From Gemmatimonadales bacterium (GTDB taxonomy: Bacteria; Gemmatimonadota; Gemmatimonadetes; Gemmatimonadales; GWC2-71-9), in contig DATNOR010000076.1 of NCBI GenBank assembly GCA_035601235.1, positions 29,275 to 93,274 on the forward strand: a DNA stretch of 64,000 bases, in the 5' to 3' direction. This document shows, one piece after another, positions 1 through 8,756 of the stretch. Each line of letters opens with the position of its first letter. Positions within the stretch are counted from its first letter, which is position 1. Made by a program: the position numbers and the translations under genes. The notes beneath the pieces were generated by a model that saw nothing but the letters and a program-made list of their open reading frames with translations, made no database searches and had not been told where the DNA came from.

Positions 1-546
1 CAGGTAGTCGGCGTGCATGTGGGTGTCGATCACGGCTGCGGGCGTGGCGTCGAGGGCACGCAGGAGGGTCTCGTACGGCTCGAGGTGGCGACCCGGGTCG
101 ACCACCACGGCATCGCCGTCGCTCGCCAGCACGTAGGAGAGAGCGCCCTTCCCGACGCGATCGAGCTGCACCACGTGCTGCAGCGCCGCCGTGGGAGCGA
201 GGCGGCGCGGCAGGTATACCGTGTCCCACGCGGCCATCCCGCCGGTCACGGAGAACGCGTCGAAGCCGCGCTCCCGCAGGTATTGCGTGGCCTGCTGACT
301 CGAGTTGCCATGGCCGCACATCACCGCCACGGGGGCCGTCGGATCGAGTCGCAGCGACTCGAGCGTGGGGAGCTGGTACATCGCCGACGCCGGCAGGGTG
401 CGAAAGTCGAGCGTCGCGCCCAGCGTGACGCGGCCGCGGGCGACGCGCTCGGGGGTGCGGATGTCGAGCAGCTGCACGCGCTCTCCCTGGTCGAGGCGGC
501 GCGCCAGGTCGGCGGCGGGAATACGCGGGACGGATGCGTGCGGCAT
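1..546 (-). CDS. Rhodanese-domain / MBL-fold metallo-hydrolase fusion protein (N-terminal part only; gene runs off the left edge)
   Basis: Absent from the ORF track because no stop lies in the window. The reverse-strand ATG at 546..544 opens a stop-free frame of 182 codons down to position 1. It reads MPHASVPRIPAADLARRLDQGERVQLLDIRTPERV...VAVMCGHGNSSQQATQYLRERGF (rhodanese-like, active-loop Cys). This is followed by SYVLASDGDAVVVDPG...VIDTHMHADYL (HxHxD metallo-beta-lactamase motif). Codons are GC3-rich. Confidence 0.7.
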   Translation of the reverse strand, partial: MPHASVPRIPAADLARRLDQGERVQLLDIRTPERVARGRVTLGATLDFRTLPASAMYQLPTLESLRLDPTAPVAVMCGHGNSSQQATQYLRERGFDAFSVTGGMAAWDTVYLPRRLAPTAALQHVVQLDRVGKGALSYVLASDGDAVVVDPGRHLEPYETLLRALDATPAAVIDTHMHADYL

Positions 547-585
547 GGCGGTTCAGGACTCCCGTTTTCCGGGTACGCGAATATA

Positions 586-603
586 TTGTGAACGCGTTCA
601 CAA
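586..603. promoter_or_regulatory. 18-bp perfect palindrome TTGTGAACGCGTTCACAA (TGTGA-N6-TCACA, Crp/Fnr-family-type operator)
   Basis: Positions 586-603 are self-complementary over all 18 nt. The site lies in the 93-bp gap between divergent starts at 546 (-) and 640 (+), next to the only AT-rich stretch there (GAATATATT). Confidence 0.5.
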
Positions 604-639
604 GCACTATCTCGTCTATCGTCCCGGAGGGAGCTCGCG

Positions 640-1122
640 ATGCGGTTCACCCTGCTCACCACGCTCGTCGCATTCACGGCCGTCGCCTGCGGCGGCGAGA
701 AGAAGTCGGCGGCGTCTCAGGCCGAGGCTGCGACACCGACACCGGCCGCCCCGTCTGCGGCGCCGGCCAGCGCCGAACCGGCGGGCGCCGTGGTCGAAGT
801 GAAGATGACCGGCAACGGCACGTCTCAGGCCGCGTTCGAACCCAGCAAGCTGACGATCAAGACCGGCACGACCGTTCGGTTCATGAATGTCTCGGGCGGT
901 CCGCACAATGTCGCCTTCTACGGCGACTCCGTGCCGAAGGGCGGCGTCGACGCGTTGAAGAAAGGCATGCCGAATCCGATGGGTGACCTCACGGGACCGT
1001 TCCTCACGCAGCCCAGCGAGAAGTACGACGTGTCCTTTGCGGGCGCCCCGGCCGGCGTGTACAAGGGCTACTGCATGCCGCACGTCGCGCTCGGCATGCA
1101 CATTACGATCACGGTGCAATAA
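640..1122 (+). CDS. Plastocyanin/azurin-family type-1 copper protein (cupredoxin), lipoprotein
   Basis: ATG 640 is preceded by GGAGGGAG (626-633). Lipoprotein-type signal MRFTLLTTLVAFTAVAC/G. Type-1 Cu ligand pattern: GGPHNV upstream, then YKGYCMPHVALGMH (Cys-x2-His-x4-Met) at the C-terminus. Confidence 0.85.
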   Translation: MRFTLLTTLVAFTAVACGGEKKSAASQAEAATPTPAAPSAAPASAEPAGAVVEVKMTGNGTSQAAFEPSKLTIKTGTTVRFMNVSGGPHNVAFYGDSVPKGGVDALKKGMPNPMGDLTGPFLTQPSEKYDVSFAGAPAGVYKGYCMPHVALGMHITITVQ

Positions 1123-1147
1123 CCGGTCACCACGACCGCATGGTGAA

Positions 1148-1174
1148 ACGGCCCCGGCCAACCCCGGGGCCGTT
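1148..1174 (+). terminator. GC-rich hairpin after the cupredoxin gene (possible intrinsic terminator/attenuator)
   Basis: ACGGCCCCGG (1148-1157) pairs perfectly with CCGGGGCCGT (1164-1173), with loop CCAACC. Only a short T run follows, so termination efficiency is uncertain. Confidence 0.45.
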
Positions 1175-1192
1175 CGAGGATTCCCCCACGCC

Positions 1193-2272
1193 ATGACCCA
1201 CCGCCTGCTCCTGAGTGTCGCGCTGCTCGCTGTGTCGAGCGACGGCGCCGCGCGGGTGCCGCCCGCCGCGGCCGCCCGCATCTTTCGCGATCCGGGCGCG
1301 GGAACGCTCGTGATCGATCTCGCGCCGATGGATCTACCGGCCAACACGCCGCATCACATGATCGCGCAGCCGCCCGTCGCGACGCTCGAGATTCCGGAAA
1401 CGGGCTTCATCTACGGTTTCCGCGTGCAGGTGGTGGACAGCGCGGGGCATGCGCTGCCCGATGAGCTGATCCATCACTTCAATCTCATCGACCCCGACCA
1501 CCGCGAGCTGTTTCTCCCGATCTCGCGCCGTCTGCTCGCGGCCGGACACGAGACCGGCGCGATTCGCCTGCCGCGCCTGCTGTTCGGCCTGCCGCTGCGG
1601 CGCGGCGAGCACGTCGTCGCCAGCGCGATGGTCGAGAACCTCACGGCCACGACGTATGGAGGGGCGCGCGTGCGGCTCACGATGAATTTCACGCCCACCG
1701 GCCGCCCGTGGCCGCTGTTCAGCGCCTCGCCCTGGCAGATGGACGTGGCCTTCCCGGTCGGGGACAAGTCGTTCGCGCTCCCGCCCGGTCACTCCGCGCG
1801 ATCCTACGAAGGGAGCCCGGCCGTGCCGGGCAGCATCGTCGGCCTCGGGGGCCACATGCACGACTTCGGCCGCTTGATCGAGTTCGCGGACGCGACGACG
1901 GGCGAGGTGATCTACCACGCGGCTCCCGTAGCCGACTCGGGGGGCCACATCGAGTCGGTTCCCGTCGCATTCCTGTACGGATGGACCCGTCTCGGCGTCC
2001 ACATCGTGCCCGCGCACCGCTACCGCGTGACCGTGTCGTACGACAACCCGACGGGTCAGCCGATTCCGGACGGTGGCATGGGCGTGGTGGGCGGCCTGTT
2101 CGTGCCCGACCGTGGCGTCGCGTGGCCGGCCGCCGACCCGCGCGACTCGCTCTACCACGAGGATTACCTCCACTACATGCGCCTCGCGGGCGGGCACGAC
2201 ATGAACATGGCCGGAACCGCCATGCCCATGAGAATGGCCGGGCACGAGCACCCAGCGCACGGTCACCGCTGA
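1193..2272 (+). CDS. Secreted His/Met-rich putative copper protein (HH / HxH / Met pattern reminiscent of PHM/DBH-type copper monooxygenases)
   Basis: The track ORF 983..2272 starts inside the cupredoxin gene. The in-frame ATG at 1193 gives a Sec-type signal, MTHRLLLSVALLAVSSDGAA. Candidate metal ligands are ELIHHFNL, GGHMHDFG and DGGMGVVG. The C-terminal tail is Met/His-rich: DMNMAGTAMPMRMAGHEHPAHGH. The stop (2270-2272) lies 1 nt from the next start. Confidence 0.6.
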   Translation: MTHRLLLSVALLAVSSDGAARVPPAAAARIFRDPGAGTLVIDLAPMDLPANTPHHMIAQPPVATLEIPETGFIYGFRVQVVDSAGHALPDELIHHFNLIDPDHRELFLPISRRLLAAGHETGAIRLPRLLFGLPLRRGEHVVASAMVENLTATTYGGARVRLTMNFTPTGRPWPLFSASPWQMDVAFPVGDKSFALPPGHSARSYEGSPAVPGSIVGLGGHMHDFGRLIEFADATTGEVIYHAAPVADSGGHIESVPVAFLYGWTRLGVHIVPAHRYRVTVSYDNPTGQPIPDGGMGVVGGLFVPDRGVAWPAADPRDSLYHEDYLHYMRLAGGHDMNMAGTAMPMRMAGHEHPAHGHR

Positions 2273-2273
2273 G

Positions 2274-2963
2274 GTGGCGGCCGACGCCGTGCTGCTGGAC
2301 TTCGGCGGCACGCTCGACGCGGACGGCGTGCATTGGAGCCCGCGCTTTCACACGGCCTACCGCGCCGAGGGCGGTACCCTCGACCTCGCGGCGTTCGAGC
2401 CGCTCTTCAAGATCTCCGACCAGGCCCTGGCGCGCTTGCCGGGCATCGCGACGCTCGGGTTCCGGGCCGCGATCGAGACCCAAGCCCGCCTGCTCGCCGA
2501 GGCCCTTCCCGACCGTGAGCGCGTGAATCCGGCGGCGATCGCCCGCCGCTTGCACGGCGACGCCCTGGCCGCCGTCGCGCGTAACCGTCCGGTCTTGGAG
2601 CGGCTGGCCCGGCGCTACCGGCTGGGTATCGTATCGAACTTTACGGGCAACCTCGAGCCTTGTTTGGAAGAGCTCGGTGTGGCGAGATTGTTCGCTGCCG
2701 TCAGCGATTCCGCGGTGGTGGGATGCAGCAAGCCCGATCCACGCATCTTCCTTGGCACGCTCGCCACGCTGGGAGCGCGCCCGGAGCGCGCCTGGATGGT
2801 GGGGGACAACTTCGAGGCGGATATTCGCGGCGCCGCGGCGCTCGGCCTGCGGACCTGCTGGCTCGCTCCGTCGGAGCGACCGTTGCCCCCCAGTGAGGGA
2901 CCGGGACAGGTCCCCACCGCCCGCATCGCACGTTTCGTGGACATCGAACGGGTGCTCGTCTAA
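2274..2963 (+). CDS. HAD-superfamily hydrolase (phosphatase-type, IA-like)
   Basis: GTG 2274. Motif I LLDFGGTLD, motif II IVSNF, motif III Lys in GCSKPDPRIF, motif IV VGDNFEADI. Confidence 0.85.
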   Translation: MAADAVLLDFGGTLDADGVHWSPRFHTAYRAEGGTLDLAAFEPLFKISDQALARLPGIATLGFRAAIETQARLLAEALPDRERVNPAAIARRLHGDALAAVARNRPVLERLARRYRLGIVSNFTGNLEPCLEELGVARLFAAVSDSAVVGCSKPDPRIFLGTLATLGARPERAWMVGDNFEADIRGAAALGLRTCWLAPSERPLPPSEGPGQVPTARIARFVDIERVLV

Positions 2964-2966
2964 CAG

Positions 2967-3677
2967 GTGCACGGGCTCATCCTCGCGGGAGGCGAGGGGT
3001 CGCGGCTCGCGGCGGGGGGGATTGCCGTTCCTAAGCCCCTCGTCGAAGTGGCGGGCCGGCCCCAGATCGTGGGCCTGCTCGAGACGTTCGCCGCGCTGGG
3101 GTGTTCCAGCCTCACGTGTGCCGTTCGTGCGGATTTCCCGGAAGTCCTGCGCTTGCTTGACGGGAGGCGGTTCGGCCCGCCCCTTACAGTGGTGCCCTGT
3201 CGCACGCCCTCTTCGCTGCACACGTTGGTCGAGGGGCTGCGGGGGATGGCCGGCGGGCCGGTGTTCTGCAGCATGGTGGACAGCGTGATGCGGCCGGAGG
3301 ACTGGGAGGCGGTCTACCGCGCGGCGGGGCGATATCTCGAGGAGGGTGCCGAGCTGGTGCTCGCTGTGACGCCGTACGTGGACGACGAGTCTCCGGTGTA
3401 CGTGAGCCGGCGCGGGGACGGCACGGTGTGCGCCGTCAGCGACCAGCCGGCGACGCCCGTGTGCGTGACCGGCGGGGTCTACGGACTGAGCGAGGCCGCC
3501 TGCCTTGCCGCGGCGGGCGCCGTCGCCCGCGGCGTGCACAAGATGCGCGCCTTCCTCAAGGCGCTGGTGGTGGAGGGGCGGCGGGTGGCGGCCGTCGAAG
3601 TGCCGCGCATCATCGATATCGATCGGCCATCGGATCTTCAGACTGCGAACGCGTGGCTTGCCGCGCGCGAAAGGTAA
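2967..3677 (+). CDS. Nucleotidyltransferase (sugar-/polyol-phosphate NTP-transferase fold)
   Basis: GTG 2967, 3 nt after the previous stop. The N-terminus carries LILAGGEGSRL...VPKPL, the signature of the NTP-transferase family. Single domain, 236 aa. Confidence 0.85.
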   Translation: MHGLILAGGEGSRLAAGGIAVPKPLVEVAGRPQIVGLLETFAALGCSSLTCAVRADFPEVLRLLDGRRFGPPLTVVPCRTPSSLHTLVEGLRGMAGGPVFCSMVDSVMRPEDWEAVYRAAGRYLEEGAELVLAVTPYVDDESPVYVSRRGDGTVCAVSDQPATPVCVTGGVYGLSEAACLAAAGAVARGVHKMRAFLKALVVEGRRVAAVEVPRIIDIDRPSDLQTANAWLAARER

Positions 3678-3680
3678 ACC

Positions 3681-4526
3681 TTGGCCCAACTGGTCGCGAT
3701 TTACCGCAGCCCGTCGTACTCGCCGCTGCAGCACGGCGTGAACGACACGGCCATCCTGGATGCTACGGTCGGGTTGCTCGAAGCGACCGGCTGGCGCGCC
3801 ACCAAGACCACGGAGCTCGAGGTGGCGCAGGGCCGGCTTCCGGCGGCGGAGCTCTACCTCAACATGTGCCAGGGCTCGCTCGCGGCGGAGCAGCTCATGC
3901 CGCTCGAGTCCGACGGTATCGTCGTGGTGAACCGGCCGTCGAGCGCGCTGAATTGCCACCGCTATCGCCTGGTCCGGCGACTGGGCGACAGCACGCTGCC
4001 GTTTCCCCGAACGCTCATCCTTGCCAGCTCGGCGCCGCTGCCGCCGCCCGCGCAGCTCGGCGCGCTCGGTCGCGATCACCAGAAGGTCTGGATCAAACGC
4101 GGCGACGTGCACGCCGAGCGTCCGGAGGATGTGGTCGCTACAACGCTGGACGCGCTGCCGGAAGCGCTGCGCGCCTTCACGGGTCGCGGGATCCCCTGGG
4201 TGGCGCTGCAGGAGCACGTGCCGGGGCCGGTGGTGAAGTTCTACGGCGTGACCGACGGTCGGTTCTTCAACTGGTACGGCGCGGACGCCGGGTTCGCGGG
4301 CGAGCGTCCCCAGGTGGATGAGAACCACCTCAAGGCGCTCGCCTTCGAGGCGGCGGCCATCCTCGGACTCGAGGTGTTCGGCGGCGACGTCGCGTTCCCC
4401 GAGCCCGACCGGCCGGTGCTGATCGACATCAACGACTGGCCCAGCTTCGCCCCGTTCCGCGAGCCGGCGGCGCGGGCCATCGCGGCTTACATCACTCACC
4501 GTTTCGCCCATCGGAAACATTCGTGA
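3681..4526 (+). CDS. ATP-grasp fold protein (ligase or polyol-phosphate kinase; substrate unknown)
   Basis: TTG 3681, 3 nt after the previous stop. Contains KVWIKRGDVHAE and LQEHVPGPVVKFYGV. The C-terminal GGDVAF...VLIDINDWPSF resembles the Mg-ATP loop (D/E-x-N) of ATP-grasp enzymes. Confidence 0.65.
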   Translation: MAQLVAIYRSPSYSPLQHGVNDTAILDATVGLLEATGWRATKTTELEVAQGRLPAAELYLNMCQGSLAAEQLMPLESDGIVVVNRPSSALNCHRYRLVRRLGDSTLPFPRTLILASSAPLPPPAQLGALGRDHQKVWIKRGDVHAERPEDVVATTLDALPEALRAFTGRGIPWVALQEHVPGPVVKFYGVTDGRFFNWYGADAGFAGERPQVDENHLKALAFEAAAILGLEVFGGDVAFPEPDRPVLIDINDWPSFAPFREPAARAIAAYITHRFAHRKHS

Positions 4527-5857
4527 CGCACACCTTACGCCGTCTCCAGATCCCCGGCCCGAAGTCCAAGGCCCTGTTCGATGCGGAATCCGCGTACCTG
4601 GCGCCCGGCACGCAGAGCGTGGCCCTGTTCAGCCAGCTGTCGATCGATCGCGGCGAAGGCGCCGTGCTGTACGACGTGGACGGCAACCGCTACATCGATC
4701 TCCTCGCCGGCGTGGGCGTGGCGAGCCTGGGCTACGCGCATCCCAAGTACGTGGCCGCAATGCAGCGGCAGATCGCCCGGGTGCATGTGGGGAGCTTCAC
4801 GACCGAGCACCGGGCGGCGCTGGTCAAGCTGCTCGCCGAGCTCGCGCCCGGGGACCTGAACCGCACCCAGTTCTACTCGAGTGGGGCCGAGGCCGTCGAG
4901 GCGGCACTGCGGCTCGCGAAATCGCGCACGGGGCATACGGAAGTGATCGGGTTCTGGGGCGGGTTCCACGGCAAGACCGGGGGCGTGCTCCCGGTCCTGG
5001 GATCGAGCTTTAAGCACGCGCTCGGACCGCTCATGCCCGGCGCGTACCTCTCTCCATATGCGTCGTGTGCCCGGTGCGCGTTCGGGAAGACGTTCCCCTC
5101 GTGCCAGTGGCACTGCGTCGACTTCCTGCGCAAGAAGATCGAGCTCGAGACTACCAAGGACGTCGCGGCGATCATCGTCGAGCCGATCCAGGGCACGGCC
5201 GGCAACGTCGTGCCGCCGCCCGGCTACCTGCAATTGCTGCGTGAGCTCGCCGACGAGCTGGGCGCGCTGCTGATCTGCGACGAGATGATCACGGGATTCG
5301 GACGCACGGGCAAGATGTTCGCGATCGAGCACGAGGGCGTCCTCCCGGACATCCTGACCGTCGGAAAAGGGTTCGGGGGCGGCTTCCCGATGAGTGGTGT
5401 GATCGCGCGCGAGGAGCTCGCCTTCTCGAAGCCGTGGGCCAATCCCAGCGGCAGCTCGTCGTCGTACGGCGGCAATCCGCTGGCGGCCGCGGCGGCGCGC
5501 GTGACGGTGGAGACGATCCTCGCGGAGAATCTGGTGGAGCACGCGCGCCGCGTGGGCGACCGCATGCTCGCGGAGCTCAAGCGCTGGCCGGCGACGCTGC
5601 CCATCGTGTCGGACGTGCGGGGCCGCGGCCTGCTGCTCGGCATGGACCTCGTCGTCCCCGGCACCCGCACGCTGCTCGACAAGAAGACCACCCGCTGGAT
5701 TTTCGACACGCTGTTGTCGCGCGGCGTGCTGGCGATGATCTACAACCCCGAGGTCCGCATCAACCCGCCCCTGGTCATCGAGGAAGACCAGGCGATGGGC
5801 GCCCTCGCCATCATGAAGGACGTGCTCAGTGAAGCCACCGAACGACTTGTCGCATAA
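4523..5857 (+). CDS. Class-III PLP-dependent aminotransferase
   Basis: GTG 4523 overlaps the previous stop (GTGA). Contains GNRYIDLLAGVGVASLGYAHP and CDEMITGFGRTGKMFA. PLP-lysine context is LTVGKGFGGGFP. Confidence 0.9.
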   Translation: MTHTLRRLQIPGPKSKALFDAESAYLAPGTQSVALFSQLSIDRGEGAVLYDVDGNRYIDLLAGVGVASLGYAHPKYVAAMQRQIARVHVGSFTTEHRAALVKLLAELAPGDLNRTQFYSSGAEAVEAALRLAKSRTGHTEVIGFWGGFHGKTGGVLPVLGSSFKHALGPLMPGAYLSPYASCARCAFGKTFPSCQWHCVDFLRKKIELETTKDVAAIIVEPIQGTAGNVVPPPGYLQLLRELADELGALLICDEMITGFGRTGKMFAIEHEGVLPDILTVGKGFGGGFPMSGVIAREELAFSKPWANPSGSSSSYGGNPLAAAAARVTVETILAENLVEHARRVGDRMLAELKRWPATLPIVSDVRGRGLLLGMDLVVPGTRTLLDKKTTRWIFDTLLSRGVLAMIYNPEVRINPPLVIEEDQAMGALAIMKDVLSEATERLVA

Positions 5858-6731
5858 GGGGCGGTCGGTCGAGGAGTGGGTGGATCTCCACTTCTTCCGG
5901 CCCATTGGGATCCGGATCGCCCGGGCGCTGCAGCCTACCGGCATCTCCGCCGACCAGGTGACCCTGTGGTCGCTCATGATCGGGCTCGTCGCCGGTCACC
6001 TGTTCGCCTACCGGGACCGCTGGACGAACTTGATCGGCTTCGCGCTGTTTATCGTGTCCGACGTGTTCGACTCGGCGGACGGGCAGCTGGCGCGGCTGCG
6101 GGGCACGTCCACGCGTTTCGGCCGGGCCCTGGATGGGATCAACGACAACCTGCGCTTCGTCAACCTGTACTTCCATCTGATGTACCGACTCATCGCGTCG
6201 GGTTTCTGGTGGCCGGGCGCCTGCTTGCTGGTCGCGGCCGCCGGGCTCGCGCACACCTTCCAGAGCGCGGCCATCGACTTCGTGCGCAACGCGTACCTCT
6301 ACATCGGCGTGGGCGGCCGCGGGGAGCTCGACCTCCCCGAGGACTTGGACCCCGCGCCGCGCGGCTCGTGGCTGGAGCGGTTCGGGGCGCGCGTGTACCG
6401 CGATTACATCGTGCGACAGGTACAGCTGTTCCCTCGCTCGGTGAAGCTCATCCGCGCGTTGCGGCAGGGGGGGGTGTCGCCGCAGTTCCGGAGGCAGTAC
6501 CGCGCCCGCCAGGATGCGGTGCTGCCCCTGTGCGCCTGGTTGGGGCAGAACATCCGGTTCGTCGTGCTGGGCATCGCGGGGCTGGCGGGACGCCCGTCCG
6601 CGTTCCTGTGGACCGAGGCGGTGTGGATGAGTCTGGTGCTCGTGGTGCTGCTGTGGATGCACGAGTGGAATGCCACGGCGCTGGGCGGCCTGCTCGACGC
6701 GGAGCACAATGCCTACGCCCGCGTCACCTGA
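5829..6731 (+). CDS. CDP-alcohol phosphatidyltransferase family protein (long form, about 300 aa)
   Basis: Family signature D-x2-DG-x2-AR-x8-G-x3-D-x3-D is read as FDSADGQLARLRGTSTRFGRALDGINDNL. Several hydrophobic helices. Start is either GTG 5829 (29-nt overlap with the aminotransferase) or GTG 5880 behind GAGGAG. Confidence 0.85.
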   Translation: MKPPNDLSHKGRSVEEWVDLHFFRPIGIRIARALQPTGISADQVTLWSLMIGLVAGHLFAYRDRWTNLIGFALFIVSDVFDSADGQLARLRGTSTRFGRALDGINDNLRFVNLYFHLMYRLIASGFWWPGACLLVAAAGLAHTFQSAAIDFVRNAYLYIGVGGRGELDLPEDLDPAPRGSWLERFGARVYRDYIVRQVQLFPRSVKLIRALRQGGVSPQFRRQYRARQDAVLPLCAWLGQNIRFVVLGIAGLAGRPSAFLWTEAVWMSLVLVVLLWMHEWNATALGGLLDAEHNAYARVT

Positions 6732-7758
6732 GCCGCGCCGCCGCTACCGCGGAGCCCTGATCGGCGCGGGGGGCATCGCGCGGCAGTCTCATCTCCCCGC
6801 CCTGCGTGGCGCCGCCGCGCTACGCGCCCGCGTCGACGTCGTCGCGGTCGTGGACAGCGCTCCCGGCGTTCCGCCGGTGGACGGGATCCCGCTGCTGCGC
6901 GACCACGCGGCGCTGCGCGACTTCGCTCCGCTCGACTTCATCGACATCTGCACTCCGACCGCCTCCCATCTCGAGCTCACCGTGTGGGGACTGGAGCAGG
7001 GGTACCACGTGGTGTGCGAGAAGCCGGTGGCGCTCACGCGCGTAGAGGCCGAGCGGATCGCCGCGGCGTCGCGGGCGAGCGGCCGCATCGTGATGCCGTG
7101 TCACCAGTACCGCTACAACCCGGTGTGGCTGCGGGTGAAAGAGTGGCTCGCGACCGGTGCCATCGGTCGCTGGCACCTGGCGGAATTCTCGGTCCACCGG
7201 CTCGCAGCCGACCCCGGCCGGGCCGCGGGGGGGGCGAGCACGCCGTGGCGCGGCACGAGCGCGGCGGGACGGGGCGGCGTGCTGCTCGATCACGGCACGC
7301 ATCTCGTCTACCAGCTCCTCGACGTCGCCGGCATGCCGTCCGCGGTGAGCGCCTGGACCGGCCGGCTGCGGCATGCGGGCTACGACGTCGAAGACACGGC
7401 GGCCCTGCGGTTCGAGTATCCCGACCGGCTCGCGACGATGTTCTTCACCTGGGCGGGGCGCGCGCGTGAGAACCGCATCCGCTTCGTCGGGGATGCCGGA
7501 ATGATCGAATGGGTGGACGGTGAGCTGCGGCTCGAGCGGGGCGGGGCAGTCGAGCGGCTGGACTTCGCGGCCGAGCTCGAGAAGACGGCGTATCAGCGGT
7601 GGTTCGCCTGCCTGTTCGAGACGTTCGTCGCCGCACTCGACGCGGGCGACGCCGGCACGCGATTCCTGGACGATATCGGCCGTGTGGCGAGCGTCGTGGA
7701 GCACGCGTATGCGGCGGCCCGGAGCGGCGCGACGGTGGCGATCCCGGACGGCGTGTGA
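6709..7758 (+). CDS. Gfo/Idh/MocA-family NAD(P)-dependent oxidoreductase
   Basis: ATG 6709 (the track ORF starts at 6670). Rossmann motif YRGALIGAGGIARQSHLPAL. The EKP motif occurs in HVVCEKPVALT. Confidence 0.85.
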   Translation: MPTPASPEPRRRYRGALIGAGGIARQSHLPALRGAAALRARVDVVAVVDSAPGVPPVDGIPLLRDHAALRDFAPLDFIDICTPTASHLELTVWGLEQGYHVVCEKPVALTRVEAERIAAASRASGRIVMPCHQYRYNPVWLRVKEWLATGAIGRWHLAEFSVHRLAADPGRAAGGASTPWRGTSAAGRGGVLLDHGTHLVYQLLDVAGMPSAVSAWTGRLRHAGYDVEDTAALRFEYPDRLATMFFTWAGRARENRIRFVGDAGMIEWVDGELRLERGGAVERLDFAAELEKTAYQRWFACLFETFVAALDAGDAGTRFLDDIGRVASVVEHAYAAARSGATVAIPDGV

Positions 7759-8756
7759 GTCGCCGGCTCCAGGCCCTGCTGTTCGTCGTCGGCTCCGCCG
7801 TGTTCGCTTACCTGGTGGCGCGCATCGGAGTGGGGGCGCTGCTCGCGGACGCGCGCCACACGGGCTGGATGTTCGTCCCCATCCTGCTGCTGTACGGCAC
7901 GGTGTGCGCGTGCAACGCCGGCGCGTGGTGGCTCGTGATGGCCGGTGAGCCGAGCCGCCCGCCGTACTGGCGGGCGTGGGCCATCACGGTGGCCAGCTTC
8001 TCGCTCAACTTCATGACCCCGCTCGTCAATGTGGGAGGCGAGCCGTTCAAGATCGCCGCCGTCGCACCCTGGCTCGGGCTGCGGCGTGCCGCCGGGTCGG
8101 CGGTGATCTATCAGATGCTGCACACCTTCGGGATGCTGCTGAGCTTCCTCACGGCGGTGGTGCTGGGCATCATCTTCCTGCCCCGGTCCCCGGTCATCGT
8201 CGCGCTCCTGGCCGGCGCGTTCCTGGCGCTCGCCGCCCTGACGCTGCTGCTCCTCACGGGTCACCAGCGTGGCATGCTCGCGGGCGCACTCGACCTGCTG
8301 CACCGGGTCCCGCTGCTCGACCGGCTGGCCCGGCGACTCGAGCCCAAGCGCGCCACGCTGGCCTCGATGGACGAGCAGATCACCCAGTTTTACCACTCGA
8401 GCCCACGCCGCTTCCTGCTGGCCCTGGCGCTGGAATACGCCAGTCGTTGCCTCTTCATGGCCGAGTACCTGCTGATCGCCTTGTCCGTGGGACTCGACAT
8501 CGGGTACGCGCGGGCCTACGTCATCGGCGGTCTCACGCAGCTCGTCCAAAACGTGTTGTTTGTCGTGCCGTTCGAGGCCGGCACGAAGGAGGGCTCGCTC
8601 TACCTCCTGTTTCAGCTCCTGGGCCTCGACCCGGCACTCGGCGTGTACACCGCCATCGTGAGCCGGGTGCGCGATCTCGTGTGGATCGGCGCGGGCGTCG
8701 GCCTCGTCTGGCTCTCCGGCCGCCGGCCGGCCCCGGCGGGCGCCGCAACGCCATGA
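7755..8756 (+). CDS. Flippase-like integral membrane protein (lysyl-phosphatidylglycerol-synthase TM-domain / UPF0104 family)
   Basis: GTG 7755 overlaps the oxidoreductase stop (GTGA). About 8 hydrophobic segments. Contains NVGGEPFKIAA and VPFEAGTKEGSLYLLF, typical of MprF-flippase-domain homologues as I remember them. Confidence 0.7.
   Translation: MSRRLQALLFVVGSAVFAYLVARIGVGALLADARHTGWMFVPILLLYGTVCACNAGAWWLVMAGEPSRPPYWRAWAITVASFSLNFMTPLVNVGGEPFKIAAVAPWLGLRRAAGSAVIYQMLHTFGMLLSFLTAVVLGIIFLPRSPVIVALLAGAFLALAALTLLLLTGHQRGMLAGALDLLHRVPLLDRLARRLEPKRATLASMDEQITQFYHSSPRRFLLALALEYASRCLFMAEYLLIALSVGLDIGYARAYVIGGLTQLVQNVLFVVPFEAGTKEGSLYLLFQLLGLDPALGVYTAIVSRVRDLVWIGAGVGLVWLSGRRPAPAGAATP

Noticed and set aside
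1719-4520. 933-aa ORF on the minus strand covering the Cu-protein, HAD, nucleotidyltransferase and ATP-grasp genes
   Set aside because: It lies antisense to four genes that each carry clear family motifs. Its translation is Arg/Pro/Gly-rich low-complexity sequence with no motif. This is a typical stop-free antisense frame in high-GC DNA.
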